DNA of 64,000 bases from Octopus vulgaris (GCA_951406725.2 OX597821.1:82398001-82462000), one strand, 5' to 3'. Positions 26,315-39,442 are shown, numbered from the stretch's first letter. Notes: generated by a model from the letters alone, not told the origin. Numbers and translations: made by a program.

Positions 26315-26578
26315 AAACCACATATCATAACGAACTAAAAAAATTGAATAATAGAAGAAATGTAAAAAAAAAAACTGAGAAGGCAGCATATAGAAAATGC
26401 AGAAAGTAAAAAACAGAAAAAGGAAAACAAAAAATGGAAAATGAAAACAAAAACTAAAATATAAAAAATAAAAAGTAAAAAGGTAAAAGAGTTATCCTCC
26501 TTTGACCTTATATGATAAGGCTGGAAAGATATCAAGTTAGTCAAGAATAGGCAGAATTTTCCAATTCTTTGAAATACA

Positions 26579-27153
26579 CAGACATGCAGGAAGTAAATAG
26601 ACACCTTTAATTTTCAAAATTTCTGATTTAAGTGTCTTAATATGTTTTCAGCGGTGCAGAATTTACAATGTAATTATTCTTTTTCATTCCAGGTGCCATT
26701 ATATTGAACATTTGCAAAGAGTGACCATGCTACGCACAAAAAATTCAGCAGAACTGTCAGATTTTCAAAGAGGTCATATTATTGGGCAATCTGAGGCTGG
26801 TCTTAGCCAGTGAAAAATTGCCAAAAAATCTTCAAATTCCTCTTGCTACTGTTAATAGAATTATAGTGCAATTCAAGAGCCAAGGAAAAGAATCAACAGA
26901 TTCTCATCCCAGCCAACCTGGGCCCTCAGAAAGGTAGCTTTGCTGTTTGAAGAGAATTGTGGAAAACGAACCCCATTCAAAGACTTCTGACATTGCAAAA
27001 CAACTAGAAGTTAGTCCAAGAACCTGTGTTAGATATCTGCATAAGCTTGGGTATTATGGACGAGCAGCTAGAAGAAAACCTCTCCTTCAACCAATTAATA
27101 TCAAATAAAAGATTTTGAAAATTAAAGGTGTCTATTTACTTCCTGCATGTCTG
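26579..27153 (+). mobile_element. Internally deleted Tc1 element with intact about 42-bp TIRs
   Basis: TIR CAGACATGCAGGAAGTAAATAGACACCTTTAATTTTCAAAAT at both ends; N-terminal HTH remnant from 26727 (ELSDFQRGHIIG...LHKLGYYGRAARRKPLL) with stops. Confidence 0.9.
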
Positions 27154-27184
27154 TATATCTCTTCCATGCTGTTATTTTTTTTTA

Positions 27185-27311
27185 ACCCTGCCAAGGAGGT
27201 TATATTTTTGCCGGCGTTGGTTTGGAAAATTGGGCAGTTTTCAGCGTGCGTGTATATGGGGGGAAAATGAGCTGCTTGGCGGAGGTCTGCGCTCTCCGAG
27301 TGCTTTTCTAG
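27185..27311 (+). mobile_element. Miniature Helentron/HINE-type element
   Basis: Subterminal IR CCTGCCAAG / CTTGGCGGAGG, 3' hairpin GCGCTC-TCC-GAGTGC, terminal TTTTCTAGTT. Confidence 0.7.
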
Positions 27312-27682
27312 TTGCATAATTTAGATGATAACATATTCACTGCATCCTGCATATATAGGTAGAAAGGCAGATAAACACAAATAGGCTTAATGTATATATT
27401 TTCTTGACAATACAAAATACAGAGTATGGAAAAAAGAAATAAAGTAAATTTACAGAATTATCTTAATAGCTTTTCTCAAGCTCACCATGTCTTATGCTGT
27501 AACCACATTTGTATATAATAAAAACCCATGATGTCATGGATGTGTATGATAATTATTAGTTCCTATGGATTTGTTAGGCAATGACAGGTTAACCTCAGTG
27601 GAAGAAAAATAGTAAATGCCAAACAAATCCATTGGAACTGGTGATGTTACACACACCTCTGACATCATGGGTATTATTATGT

Positions 27683-27960
27683 ACCATCTGAACGTGGCCG
27701 ATGCCAGCGCCGCCTTGGCTGGCTTCCGTGCCGGTGGCATGTTAAAAGCACCAACCGATCGTGGCCGATGCCAGTCCCCCCCTGGCACCTGTGCAGGTGG
27801 CACGTAAAAAGCACCCACTACACTCGCGGAGTGGTTGGCGTTAGGAAGGGCATCCAGCCATAGAAACACTGCCAGATCAGACTGGAGCCTGGTGCTGCCC
27901 CTAGCTTCCCAGACCCCGGTCAAACCATCAACCCGTGCTAGCGCGGAAAACGGACGTTAA

Positions 27961-27993
<33 letters not shown>
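27683..27993 (+). mobile_element. RTE 3'-UTR-derived repeat
   Basis: Family consensus with (GAT)n tail; interrupts a decayed HHR element. Confidence 0.85.
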
Positions 27994-27994
<1 letters not shown>

Positions 27995-28319
27995 CCATAG
28001 TTACAGCATATGAACATAGTTACAGCATAAGCCATGATATTCCTGAAACAGCTGTTAAGATAAGACTATTATATAACTCCTTTCATTTACTGTATTTCTT
28101 TTTCTTATACTCTGTTGTATTCCATGAAAATATACACATTAAGCCTACTTGTATTTATCTTTCTACCTCCCTAACAGTGTGATAAGGATTGTTCTTATAG
28201 ACAACTTTCAACACCAGAGGCACTAACCCAAGATAAACGAGTTGGAATTAAGTTCTCAAATATCTGAGCACTGCACTGTGATATCAATACTATGCTTACT
28301 TTGCATTCTCCCACACACA

Positions 28320-28361
<42 letters not shown>

Positions 28362-28817
28362 TCATACACACAAACACATATATATACACATACATATATA
28401 TATATACGCATAAGTATATATATATGTATATTTATGTATATTTATATATATATATATACTATATATTTTTCTCTTGTAATCTAATTATTTTTCCTCTTCA
28501 TCTCACTATGGATTGAAAATTAATGATAGATGACCTCAACAAAATTGTTAAGATGTTAGCTTTGAACTTGGTAGCAGCATCTTTCTATTAAGTTTCCTGC
28601 GTTATGTACATAACAACAACTTTGATGATTTTCATGTGGTCATTTATTGTTAGTTTTGAATCCATATAAAGTTGAAAAGAAACAATGATAATTTATTAGA
28701 ATAGAAGAGAAAAGATAAAAATGTATATAAGTTCAAAAATAATATATATATATATAGTTATCCTGTCTTTTTTGTGATAATTATAATATTTCATCCAATG
28801 TAGGTTGCTTTTTGACT

Positions 28818-29239
28818 TACTCTTTTACTCTTTTATTCTTTTACTTGTTTCAGTCATTTGACTGCGGCCATGCTGGAGTACCGCCTTTAGTCGAGCAGAT
28901 CGACCCCGGGACTTATTCTTTGTAAGCCCAGTACTTATTCTATCGGTCTCTTTTGCCGAACCGCTAAGTGACGGGGACGTAAACACACCAGCATCGGTTG
29001 TCAAGCAATGCTAGGGACAAAAACAGACACACAAACACACACACATACACATACATATATATATATACATATATACGACAGGCTTCTTTCAGTTTCCGTC
29101 TACCAAATCCACTCACAAGGCATTGGTCGGCCCGGGGCTATAACAGAAGACACTTGCCCAAGATGCCACGCAGTGGGCCTGAACCTGGAACCATGTGGCT
29201 GGTAAACAAGCTACTTACCACACAGCCACTCCTGTGCCT
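28818..29239 (-). mobile_element. Full-length family A CORE-type SINE
   Basis: Close match to 4785-5203. Confidence 0.9.
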
Positions 29240-29380
29240 ATTGTTGACAATTTATGTATTTTCTCTCTCTCTCTCTCTCTCTCATAAAGCTGTTTGATTC
29301 CCTTGTAATGTTGCCTTGAGTCTTCACTCACTCACTCTCTCGCTCACGATGCATCCAACCATTCTGGCTCCCACCACCTG

Positions 29381-29590
29381 TACCAGAAACTTCTCTACCT
29401 AAAACTAGAAACATCTATTCTCTACTGGAAACTGTTGTTGTCTATCAGAAACCCCTTTTCAGTACCGTTCGTCTCTACCAGAAACTCCTTTTCAGTACCA
29501 GAGACCTCTATTCTCTACAGGAAACCCTCTCTTCTCTTCCAGAAACCTTTTGTCTCTATCAGAAACCTCTCTTCTCTCCTGGAGACCTCC
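29381..29590 (+). repeat. Degenerate minisatellite of about 20-bp units (CTCTACCAGAAACC core)
   Basis: About 10 diverged tandem copies. Confidence 0.7.
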
Positions 29591-29819
29591 CTTCTGGTAA
29601 CCTTCCTTCTGTCCACCCCACCTTCCATCCATTCCAGTGCTCACTCAATGATACTACTACAATACAAATGTCACAGTTTGCACACTTAGCACTGAAATGT
29701 GATTGAAGAGTGCCTATCAAATAATTAACTAATTCACTAATCAGTTATCATTCATCTGTATATTAACAATGGTTGTATACCACACCCTCTTTTGGTATAT
29801 GCAGCAAGTGTGACACAAA

Positions 29820-31330
29820 TAGATGATGGTAGTTCCAATAATGAGGAGGAAACAGGGCTGCTGGAGTTTTGTGATGCAAATAACCTAATGATCTGCAAAA
29901 CCAGCTTCAGGAAACCAGCCAGTCATTTGATAACCTATCGATCTGGTAACCAGATTGACTACATGCTCACTAGGAAATGCAGTGGAGGCACAATGGCCCA
30001 GTGGTTAGGGCAGCGGACTCGCGGTCATAGGATCGCGGTTTCGATTCCCAGACCGGGCGTTGTGAGTGTTTATTGAGCGAAAACACCTAAAAGCTCCACG
30101 AGGCTCCGGCAGGGGATGGTGGTGATCCCTGCTGTACTCTTTCACCACAACTTTCTCTCACTCTTACTTCCTGTTTCTGTTGTACCTGTATTTCAAAGGG
30201 CCGGCCTTGTCACTCTCTGTGTCACACTGAATATCCCCGAGAACTACGTTAAGGGTACACGTGTCTGTGGAGTGCTCAGCCACTTACACGTTAATTTCAT
30301 GAGCAGGCTGTTCCGTTGATTCGGATCAACTGGAACCTTCATTGTCGTAACCGACGGAGTGCTTCCACTAGGAAATGGAATATTGTTTACTCATAAACAC
30401 AAAGACCCTTCACAAGGGAAGAATGTACTGCTCAACAGATTCGTCGTTAATGACTTCAGACCTCAGGTTAGAAGGATTCAAAGAGGCAGACCAGCCTAGA
30501 AAAAAAGAATTTGTAAGCTTAAGAGTCTTTTGAATAGTCAGAAATTTAGGGATGTCCTAATTGATACATCTGGTGAGAGGGAGATTAAATGGTAAACATG
30601 TAACATGGAGGACAACTGGAAGTTTCTACAGGACAACTTACTGAGAACCACAGTCCGAATTTGTGAATGGTGCCAAGTCCCAGCCAGACCTAGGGTGACA
30701 TAGTAGTGGAAGAATGTAGTAGGCAGGGTCATAAGTGCAAAGAAATAGGTCTGGAAGGACAGGAAGAGTTAGGGTAGCAGAGAACTATAACAAGTAGCAA
30801 GAAGAGAAGGGGGGTAACAGGTATATTTGGCTAGGGAAGAAGCTGAAAGGAAGGATTTTTGCCAATGTTCTGTAGTGTGAGGACCAGAGGAATGAGGGGT
30901 TCCAGATTGCAAGACAGAGAAAATTGTGATGTTGTAGGAGGGAAGTGTGTTTGGATGGATGACAGTACACTTGCACTTAACAATTCTGCAAAGAAATGGG
31001 CGTGGAAGTGTCATTATGAAAGGCTGCTAGATGTGGAGAATGCATGAGAGAAGGAGAATCAACCTAATGTGGACCCAACAGAGGGACCAGCTAACCAAAT
31101 TGACAGAAGCATGATAGTTAAAGCAATTAAGGATATAAAAACTGGAAAAGTTTCTGGCCCATCAGGAATTGCCGCGAAGATGCTTAAAATATCTGAAAGA
31201 ATAAGATATGGCCTAGTCACCCATATGGTGAACCTGATTGTCCAAAAAGGGACAATGACTGCATTATAGTCAACAGAAAGGTGATGCCTCAGACAGAAGT
31301 AATTACAGAGATACCATATCTGGGTCATGT
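29820..31330 (+). pseudogene. Decayed RTE LINE (APE endonuclease to RT start)
   Basis: NEEETGLLEFCDANNLMICKTSFRKPASHLITYRSGNQIDYML; KAIKDIKTGKVSGPSGIAAKMLK. Confidence 0.85.
29980..30365 (+). mobile_element. Full-length tRNA-derived SINE with 12-bp TSD
   Basis: A box TGGCCCAGTGG, B box GTTTCGATTCC; TSD CACTAGGAAATG at 29968-29979 and 30366-30377. Confidence 0.9.
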
Positions 31331-31627
31331 GATGCATAGTAAAAGACATTTGCCCAAGGCACTGGGCAATGAGACTGAACCTCAAACCACATGGTTAGGA
31401 AGTAAGCTTCTCAACCACACAGCCATGCCAACACATAAAGGAAATTAGTGGAATGATTCAAGGTTTTGGAGTCACTGTTGTTGTTGTTGTTGTTGTTGTC
31501 ACTGTTAATGCTGTTGCTGTTTATTTTGGACTACATTGTGCAACATGTCCTTTCTTTGAAGTGGGGATACTTTTGATCTTTTTCAAAATAAAAGATGTGA
31601 TCTGGCTTCCATTTCTAGCTAATTTAA

Positions 31628-31838
31628 CCCTTTAGCATTTAATCTGACCATATCCAGCCCAAATATTCTACCAGTGTTATTTTAGATCCAACCTCTCACA
31701 CCTATCCTACAATGTCATTCTAAGAATAAACAATCACATCGTTGAAATCTCAATGCTTTGAGATAATGCATGATTAATTCAAGACATTGTGAATAATTAA
31801 GAAAATACATTTGACAAAGAAATCTGAATGCTAAAGGA
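31628..31838. mobile_element. piggyBac-type MITE
   Basis: TTAA-CCCTTTAGCATT...AATGCTAAAGG-ATTA; a related diverged copy at about 11987-12166. Confidence 0.7.
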
Positions 31839-32656
31839 TTAGCTCATTGTGTTTATGGTTGGTGTTAAATTCCCTAAGCAAGTGCTTAGACCTATGATTA
31901 AAATGGTATGTCGACCATGACCATCCTGCATTTTTGCACTATTACACATCTACTCCGTACTCCAAACTCACTCCTGTTCCCTCTGTTGTCATTGGTCTAG
32001 TGATAGTAACAGTGATTATTCTATCCATATTCTACAATTTTGACATTCAAATCTCACTGAAATATTATTAAGACTCACGTCAGTTCTTTATATATTAAAT
32101 GCTTTTATTTGATTCATTGCTTGTCTTTCTTCCTTTCATGGATCTTATTTTTTTAGATTCTCTTTCCATTTTTTGTGATTATTTTTTAAAGAGATTATTG
32201 AGACATGGGGATCATTCCTACCCATTTTGTATCTTAAAGGTTCACACTGACCTCATCACCACTTTTTCTGTTTTATTGCTTTCTAGCTCCACATGATCAC
32301 TCCCAACTTAACCTCTATGATGTGAGTAGTCATGTGCATTCTGTACAGCAAGAAACCTGTTCTGCTCCAGCCCCTTTCTCTCATATTTCTTCTTTCTTTA
32401 CTCCTCATTTCCAAGCATGAAGTTGCCTTCCTGGGGTTTGTAGTCCTGCAAGCTGAATTGTACTCTCACTAGTATTGGTTGCATGAAGAAAATCACCCAG
32501 TACATGTTGCAAAGCGATTGGTGCCAGGAAGGGTATCCAGCCATAGAAGCCATGCCAAAACAGTCACTGGAGCACAATGCAGTCCTTGGATGCATTGGAT
32601 GCTGTCAAACTATCCAACCCATGCTAACTTGGAACATGGCTGTTAAATAACAGTAG

Positions 32657-32703
<47 letters not shown>

Positions 32704-32984
32704 GTAATGGTGGTGGTGGGGGGTATTGGTGGTGAGTGTATTTAAGTCTCAGTCTTTCTTTCTGCCTTTTAAGACAGCAGAATGTGATTTGGGGGAGACG
32801 TGGCTCCTGTTTCTAGCATCTTGAATAACTGTATAGAGGACCCCTCTATGTTGGTGTGGTTCAAGTTGCCATTGCAGTATTGCTCCAGAGCAGCCTTGAT
32901 CAAGAAAAAGTCAACTTTATGATGAAAAAGACCTTCGAGCAGTGACTTTCCTACTTTCAAACAATTATAATGTGTCTAAGTAAA

Positions 32985-33236
32985 AGTAAAGCTCCTTCTT
33001 GAGTCATCCTGACTCATAAGGGCTGGTTTCCCAGTTTCCATAGCATATTTATTCCCACACCTGGAAAGGATGCCAGTCTGTCACAGGATTATTCATTTTT
33101 GCCAGCTGAGTGGACTGGAACAACATGAAATGAAGTGTTTTGCTCAAAAACACAACACATTGCCCGGTCCAGGAATCAAAACCACAATCTTACGATCATG
33201 AATCCAACACCCTAACCACTAAACCATGCACCTCCA
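32985..33236 (-). mobile_element. Meta-domain-like tRNA SINE (family D)
   Basis: tRNA head with boxes, GTGTTGTG..TTGAGCAAAACACTT...TTCCAGTCCACTCAGCTG. Confidence 0.75.
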
Positions 33237-33909
33237 CATAGTGTATCTAGGACGACACTACACACTATATCCTTCCTTTCTCTCTCTTGTTTTTATGCAA
33301 ATTTTAAAATTCTGATTCATGATTTGAGGAAGATTTAGCTGCCTTTTTTTAATAAAGTCAAAAACATAGAGTCGTCCATAATGGCTTGAGTTTTTGGAGT
33401 TCAGTAAAGTAAAATGAAATAGAATGGTAACTGAATGAGTTAAATAAAAATAGAATGGAAGAATCTCCAGAAAATATTGCTCTGTAGGATGAAAAAGAGA
33501 AAAAGAAGTGTATGGTGGTGGGAGGGACACTTCATGCGAGGAATAAATACAGTAAAAGAGGCATAGAGTTTACCAAGTCCTTTAATATTAACATAGATGG
33601 AAGGCGAGAAGATCACTTCAGTTCTGTTTCATTAGAACAGATTATTGCTTCTGTTATATTTCATTAGAATGGATTAAGTGAAAACCATTTGGAAGTGGAT
33701 CTTCATGTTTTGTTGCATTGGTCTCTTGATCTGCTCCGATAATGCCATGTTTATTGATTTGCATGATTCAAGTGATAGATTCCAATGTTAGTTTACCTTC
33801 GTATTATCTCACAATCTTTGGCTTCCTCCTCTTCCTCTTCCTATTCAGTTTGGAAAATTCCAATTTCTATCACTGCCGTTCTTTATTTGTTTATTTATAT
33901 ATCACCTCT

Positions 33910-34034
33910 GCCATCTCCACCACCACCACCACAACCACCAGCATCACATTAATATTGTTGTTGTTGTTGTTGTTGGTACCCTTATCGTTTTCCACCTTCT
34001 CATCATCGTCATCATTTGCCTCATCCTCCTCACT

Positions 34035-34066
<32 letters not shown>

Positions 34067-34470
34067 CAACAGCATCAACAATGACAACATCAACACCATC
34101 CATTCTACCCCATCATGGTTAACACCATTGTTACCACTTTACTCATCACTATTGCTATCATCATGCTTATTGCTGCTCTTATTATTACTATCCAAATCAT
34201 CGCCATGACCACCACTACCACCACCACCGCCGCACGCCGCCGCCGCCACCACTACCACCTCCACCACCATCACCATCACCACTACCATCACCATTGCCAC
34301 CATCGCAACCATCACCACTACCACCACCAACACCACCACCTCCACCACCATCACCATCACCACTACCATCACCATTAGCACCATCGCAACCACCACCACC
34401 ACCAAAACCATCACCACCATCATCATCATCCTCATCATCAGCATCATCATCACCACCACCACCACCACCA
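33910..34470. repeat. Compound (ACC)/(ATC)/(AAC) trinucleotide microsatellite
   Basis: Direct inspection; source of poly-H/P/T ORFs. Confidence 0.9.
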
Positions 34471-35289
34471 CATTTCCTCCAAGTGAAAATAAATTATTCA
34501 TCACAACAAAATATGTTGTCAATTCATAATGTTCTTTTTTGCAATTATTGTTGTCGTTATTGTTGGTGTAGTGGTAGTAGCAGTGATTATTCTATCTATA
34601 TTCTACAATTTTGATATTCAAATCTCACCGGAATATTATTAAGACTCACGTCAGTTCTTCATGTTTTCAATGCTTTTACTTGATTCATTCTTTGTTTGTC
34701 TTTCTTCCCTTCATGGATTTAATTTATTTTTTTTAGATTCTCATTCCATTCTATTGTGACCATTTTTTAAGGAAAGGAAAATTATTGAGACATGGGGATC
34801 TAAATGAGATTTCCATTTATAGAAAAATATGTAAAAAATTATTTTGATTTGGGGGTCAGAGAAAATAAAATTATTAAGGCCTTGCTAACTATAAATAGGC
34901 ACAGATGTGGCTGAGTGGTAAGAAGTTTGCTTCCCAACCACATGTTTCTGGGTTCAGTCCCACTGTGTAACTCTTAGGGCAAGTGTCTCTTACAATAACC
35001 TTGGACTGACCAAAGCCTTGTGACTGGAGTTGATATTTGGAAACTGAAAGAAGTTCATCATATGTATACATATGTATGTTCTTTTATTCTTTTACTTGTT
35101 TCAGTCATTTGACTGCGGCCATGCTGGAGCACCACCTTTAGTCGAACAAATCAACTCCAGGACTTATTCTTTGTAAGCCTTAGTACTTATTCTATTGGTT
35201 TCTTTTTGATGAACCACTAAGTTACAGAGACATAAATGCACCATCAGTTGTCAAGTGATGGTGCATACATACATACATACATACATACG

Positions 35290-35321
<32 letters not shown>

Positions 35322-35635
35322 TACAACAGGCTTCTTTCAGTTTCCATCTACCAAATCCACTCACAAAGCCTGAGGCTATAGTAGAAGACACCTGCGCAAG
35401 GTGTTACACAGTGGGACTGAACCCAGAACCATGCAGTTGGGAACCAAGCTTCTTACCACACAGTCACTCCTGTGCTTTATATATATACATACATATATCT
35501 GTCTATCTATCTATCTATCTATCTGTATGTATGTATGTATGTATGTATGTTATATTAGAGGAAAAAGTAAAACTAAGGCAGGATGAGTATTTCAAGTCAT
35601 TTAGAATAATTTAGTTAGGGTAAGGTGTATTTGAA

Positions 35636-35711
35636 GTCTTACAGCCGTTTCTGAGATAACACAAGTGGTAGGTTAGCATCTCCATGCACTGGGTATTCCA
35701 TCATCAGAGAC
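35636..35711 (-). ncRNA. Type I hammerhead ribozyme (long helix II)
   Basis: GUCU-CUGAUGA-UGGAAUAC...UUAUCUCA-GAAA-CGGCUG-UA^AGAC; perfect helix I. Confidence 0.75.
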
Positions 35712-35940
35712 AAGGTATGAATATTTTAGAGAGAGAAAATCTACAGTTTACAATGATTAAATAGATTCACAGTTTATAAGGAATAAAATGCAAGAATAAA
35801 GAAGTAAATAGAAGAATAGAGTAAAGGTAGAATATTCTTGTATTTACTCCTTTATTCTTCTATTTCATTCCTTATAAACAGTGAATATATTTTATTCCTT
35901 GTAAACTGTCAATTTTATCTGTCTAAAATATTCATACCTT

Positions 35941-36016
35941 GTTTCTGATGATGGAATACCCTGTGCGTGGATATGCTAATCTACCATTTGAGTAATCCCA
36001 GAAATGGCTGTAAGAT
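35941..36016 (+). ncRNA. Type I hammerhead ribozyme (long helix II)
   Basis: GUUU-CUGAUGA-UGGAAUAC...GUAAUCCCA-GAAA-UGGCUG-UA^AGAU. Confidence 0.7.
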
Positions 36017-36214
36017 TTCAAATACACCTTACCCTAATAAAATTATTCTAATTGATTTGCGATACTTGTTCTGCCTTGATTCTGCTTTATCCTCTAATAT
36101 AATATATACCTGCTATGACAGAACTCCCTAGATCCAGCCTCAGCTGTGAACTTGGAACCTGATGGACAACCAACAATAGCACTTATTCAGCATACCTATT
36201 CGTTTAGATCACCA

Positions 36215-38084
36215 CACCATAAAAACCCAAGTAATTTACAGACTTTTTTTGCAAAAACAAAAATAAATTTTAGTGGGTGCATAAAATTACATGAGTAGAT
36301 CATTTCTAGAATTTTTTTAGAAATATTTTTCTTGAAAAAGGATGTATAAATGTAAACATTTGTACTGAAAGTTGACTCATTTAATATCAGAATAGGTTTT
36401 TACAGAAAAAATAGTATGAAGTTGACGTTTATTTATACTGGACAGTATAAAGGGGTAAAGACCCCCTTCGGTCATGAATGACCATGGGATTGCACCTAGA
36501 AAGTTACCCTCCTAGACACAAGTCCGGGCAAGGTTGTTTATGGAAGACCAGCAGTCGCCCATGCATACCAGCCTCCCCTCTCCACGCCACCAGTGTTATC
36601 CAAGGGAAAGACAAAGGTCGATACAGCTTGGCACCAGTGACGTCGCAACTCATTTCTACAGCTGAGTGAACTGGAGCAACGTGAAATAAAGTGCCTTGCT
36701 CAAGAACACAACACGCAGCCTGGTCCGGGATTTGAGCTCACAACCTCACGATCGTAAGCTCGACGCTCTAACCACTGAGCCATGCGCCTTCAATGCTTAC
36801 ATTTTCTGTATAAATTTAATAAAACCATTAAAGGGTTAACTACTGGGCCATATTTTACATTGCTTAGAGTTTCTATCCATCGCAATGGAGCCCAGCAATT
36901 TCCTCAGATAGATCAGTTTTTCTCTGCTTAAGAAGTCTAGCATACGTTTGCCTCCAGGAAGCTATTGCTTGCTTTCTCTGCGTTTGGACAATAAAATTCC
37001 TCACCACTAACTACCAGCCACTACCTGCTCTTACTGCATCTGACACCGACAACAACATCATAATTCATCCTTGCGCATGTAAACTTACTAAGTGAATATA
37101 ACTTAGCATTCCTATAGAAACCTTCATTTACCTTGTACGATGTTTAATGTCATTTCACATTCATGTTGAATTGTGCAGCAATCTTATCTTCTCTTTATAG
37201 AACACTTGTAATGTATGTATTACCAGTTCTTTTGGTATCGTAGATTTTTGCTATTCTTGTTTATGTCTCCTCACAGACGTGTACATTCTAACAAGTCGCT
37301 TCTTAAATTTCGCACCTCTCTTGTTCAATAAACACTGAGTTAAACTTGCGAAGCTGTTTATTTTCTCTTTTTGATTTCTAATGTTTATTTTAGTGGGTTA
37401 CCAAACTATCAGTTTGGTCTCCCGACTAAAACAGTAATGACAAATTTTAAAGTTTGCTTGACATTTTATAAGTGTGAAATTTCGATACTCCGTATCAAAG
37501 GTTCCGACAAGAAAAGGCAGAAAATCAGAGCTTGAGACAAGAAGGCACTTTCGACCAATTAGAATTCTGTTCACATAATCAGTTTCATCAGTCACCTTTC
37601 TCTGTCAGTTGAGTAAAGTGTCATCCAAACTGATGTTTATTGGTAATTAAACTTATTTTGCAACACTTGTGCATATTTATCAGTTTTGTTTTTGTTGATA
37701 AGAATTATAAACAACTTTTCCTGCGATCGTGATTTGAGAAGACATATGCTAAAGATCGGATATAATCTCTTGTGGGTAAGAAATGTAAAATAAAGTTTAT
37801 CATAAAGAACACAAACACTTTGTAATTTAATAGCTTTCAATGTGATACCTGTTGAACAGAAATTATTTTTATTTAGTGAAAATTTAATAAAATCTAATCA
37901 TAAGTAAGTGAAATTCTGCTAAACACAAATAAATTGAAAACCTTTTTCCCCTGGCCATATCGGCAATTCTGTAAACTTTTGGGTGTGAATTTTACACAAG
38001 TAGAAGTTTATTTAAAAAATTTTTATCCTGAAAATCACCTGTGTAAATTACACAGGTGCACAAATTACATGGGTTTTTATGGTA
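36215..38084. mobile_element. pogo/Tigger-like non-autonomous TIR element with nested insertions
   Basis: Ends ACCATAAAAACCCAAGTAATTT / AAATTACATGGGTTTTTATGGT, repeated AAATTACAY subterminal motifs; no transposase recognised. Confidence 0.55.
36452..36792 (-). mobile_element. Meta-domain-like tRNA SINE, little diverged
   Basis: TGGCTCAGTGG A box, B-box-like GAGCTCAAATCCC, CGTGTTGTGTTCTTGAGCAAGGCACTTTA. Confidence 0.8.
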
Positions 38085-38086
38085 TA

Positions 38087-38155
<69 letters not shown>

Positions 38156-38159
<4 letters not shown>

Positions 38160-38360
38160 ATCCAAACAAGAAAGCACAAAAAAACACAACAACGCGAGGA
38201 CGTGGAACAAATATAGTATTATTAGATGCTCAGGAAAGAAGGAAAGAAGGAGGGTTTAATGTTTCGAGCGGAGCTCTTTGTCGGAAACATAGGAGAAGGA
38301 AAGATCCAGAGAAGGGAAGACAGAGGAAAAAAAAATCCCCAACGGTACATACATGGTCAC
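38156..38360 (-). mobile_element. Family E element with a decayed HHR core (CCGACAA)
   Basis: Homology to 25916-26122; lies between (TA)n and (GATA)n. Confidence 0.85.
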
Positions 38361-38575
<215 letters not shown>

Positions 38576-38932
38576 TGCACATTGCTTTATGTTGAACAAT
38601 TGATATGTCTTGAAAGATTTGAAACAAAGGACACTGCTTGCATGATGGATTTTATTGAAGCTGAGGCTGAGAATTTGTCTTGCAACCCTAGCTTCATGGC
38701 CACAGTGATGTGATGCTCACATAGCAAAACAAATTCTCTGCCTCAGTTGCATTAGGCAAGTGATGTCCTTCATTTCCAGTCTTCCAAGACATGCCTGCTC
38801 ATGGAAAAATTTTACTTTACTTGAAAACTGGAGAAGGTTGGTGACAGAAGGTAGCATTGAAAATTTTTCATCTCCACAAATTCTGTCACTACGAATTCTG
38901 TCCATCCCATGGAAATGTGGATGTTAAAATGA

Positions 38933-38970
<38 letters not shown>

Positions 38971-39068
38971 AATCCAAACATGAACAAGCAAGAAAAAAAC
39001 AACAATGCGAGGATGTGGAATAAGTACAGTGTTATTGGACGCTCAAGAAAAGAAAGAAAAGAAAGAAA

Positions 39069-39103
39069 ATTTTACGTTTCGAGTGGAGCTCTTCATCAGA
39101 AAT
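39069..39103 (-). ncRNA. Minimal type I hammerhead ribozyme (family E copy, element 38968-39165)
   Basis: AUUU-CUGAUGA-A-GAG cucca CUC-GAAA-C-GUA^AAAU; helix I outer pair is A-U here and G-C in the 38.25 kb copy. Confidence 0.85.
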
Positions 39104-39178
39104 AGAAAAAGTTCAAAGAAAGGAAGACGGAGAAAGAAAATCACCAACGATACACATGCGGTCACATATTGAAATGTG

Positions 39179-39267
<89 letters not shown>

Positions 39268-39290
39268 ATATATATATATGTGTGTACATA

Positions 39291-39322
<32 letters not shown>

Positions 39323-39363
39323 CATATACATATATATATATATGATGATGATGATGATGATGA

Positions 39364-39442
<79 letters not shown>

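Larger units (their letters stand above)
35551..36101. mobile_element. 550-bp foldback element with an outward-reading HHR on each arm
   Basis: Symmetry centre at about 35826; tatattagagg (35551) pairs with cctctaatata (36091-36101). Confidence 0.9.

Noticed and set aside
29985-30055. tRNA gene
   Set aside because: tRNA-derived SINE head continuing into SINE body with TSD; no complete acceptor stem
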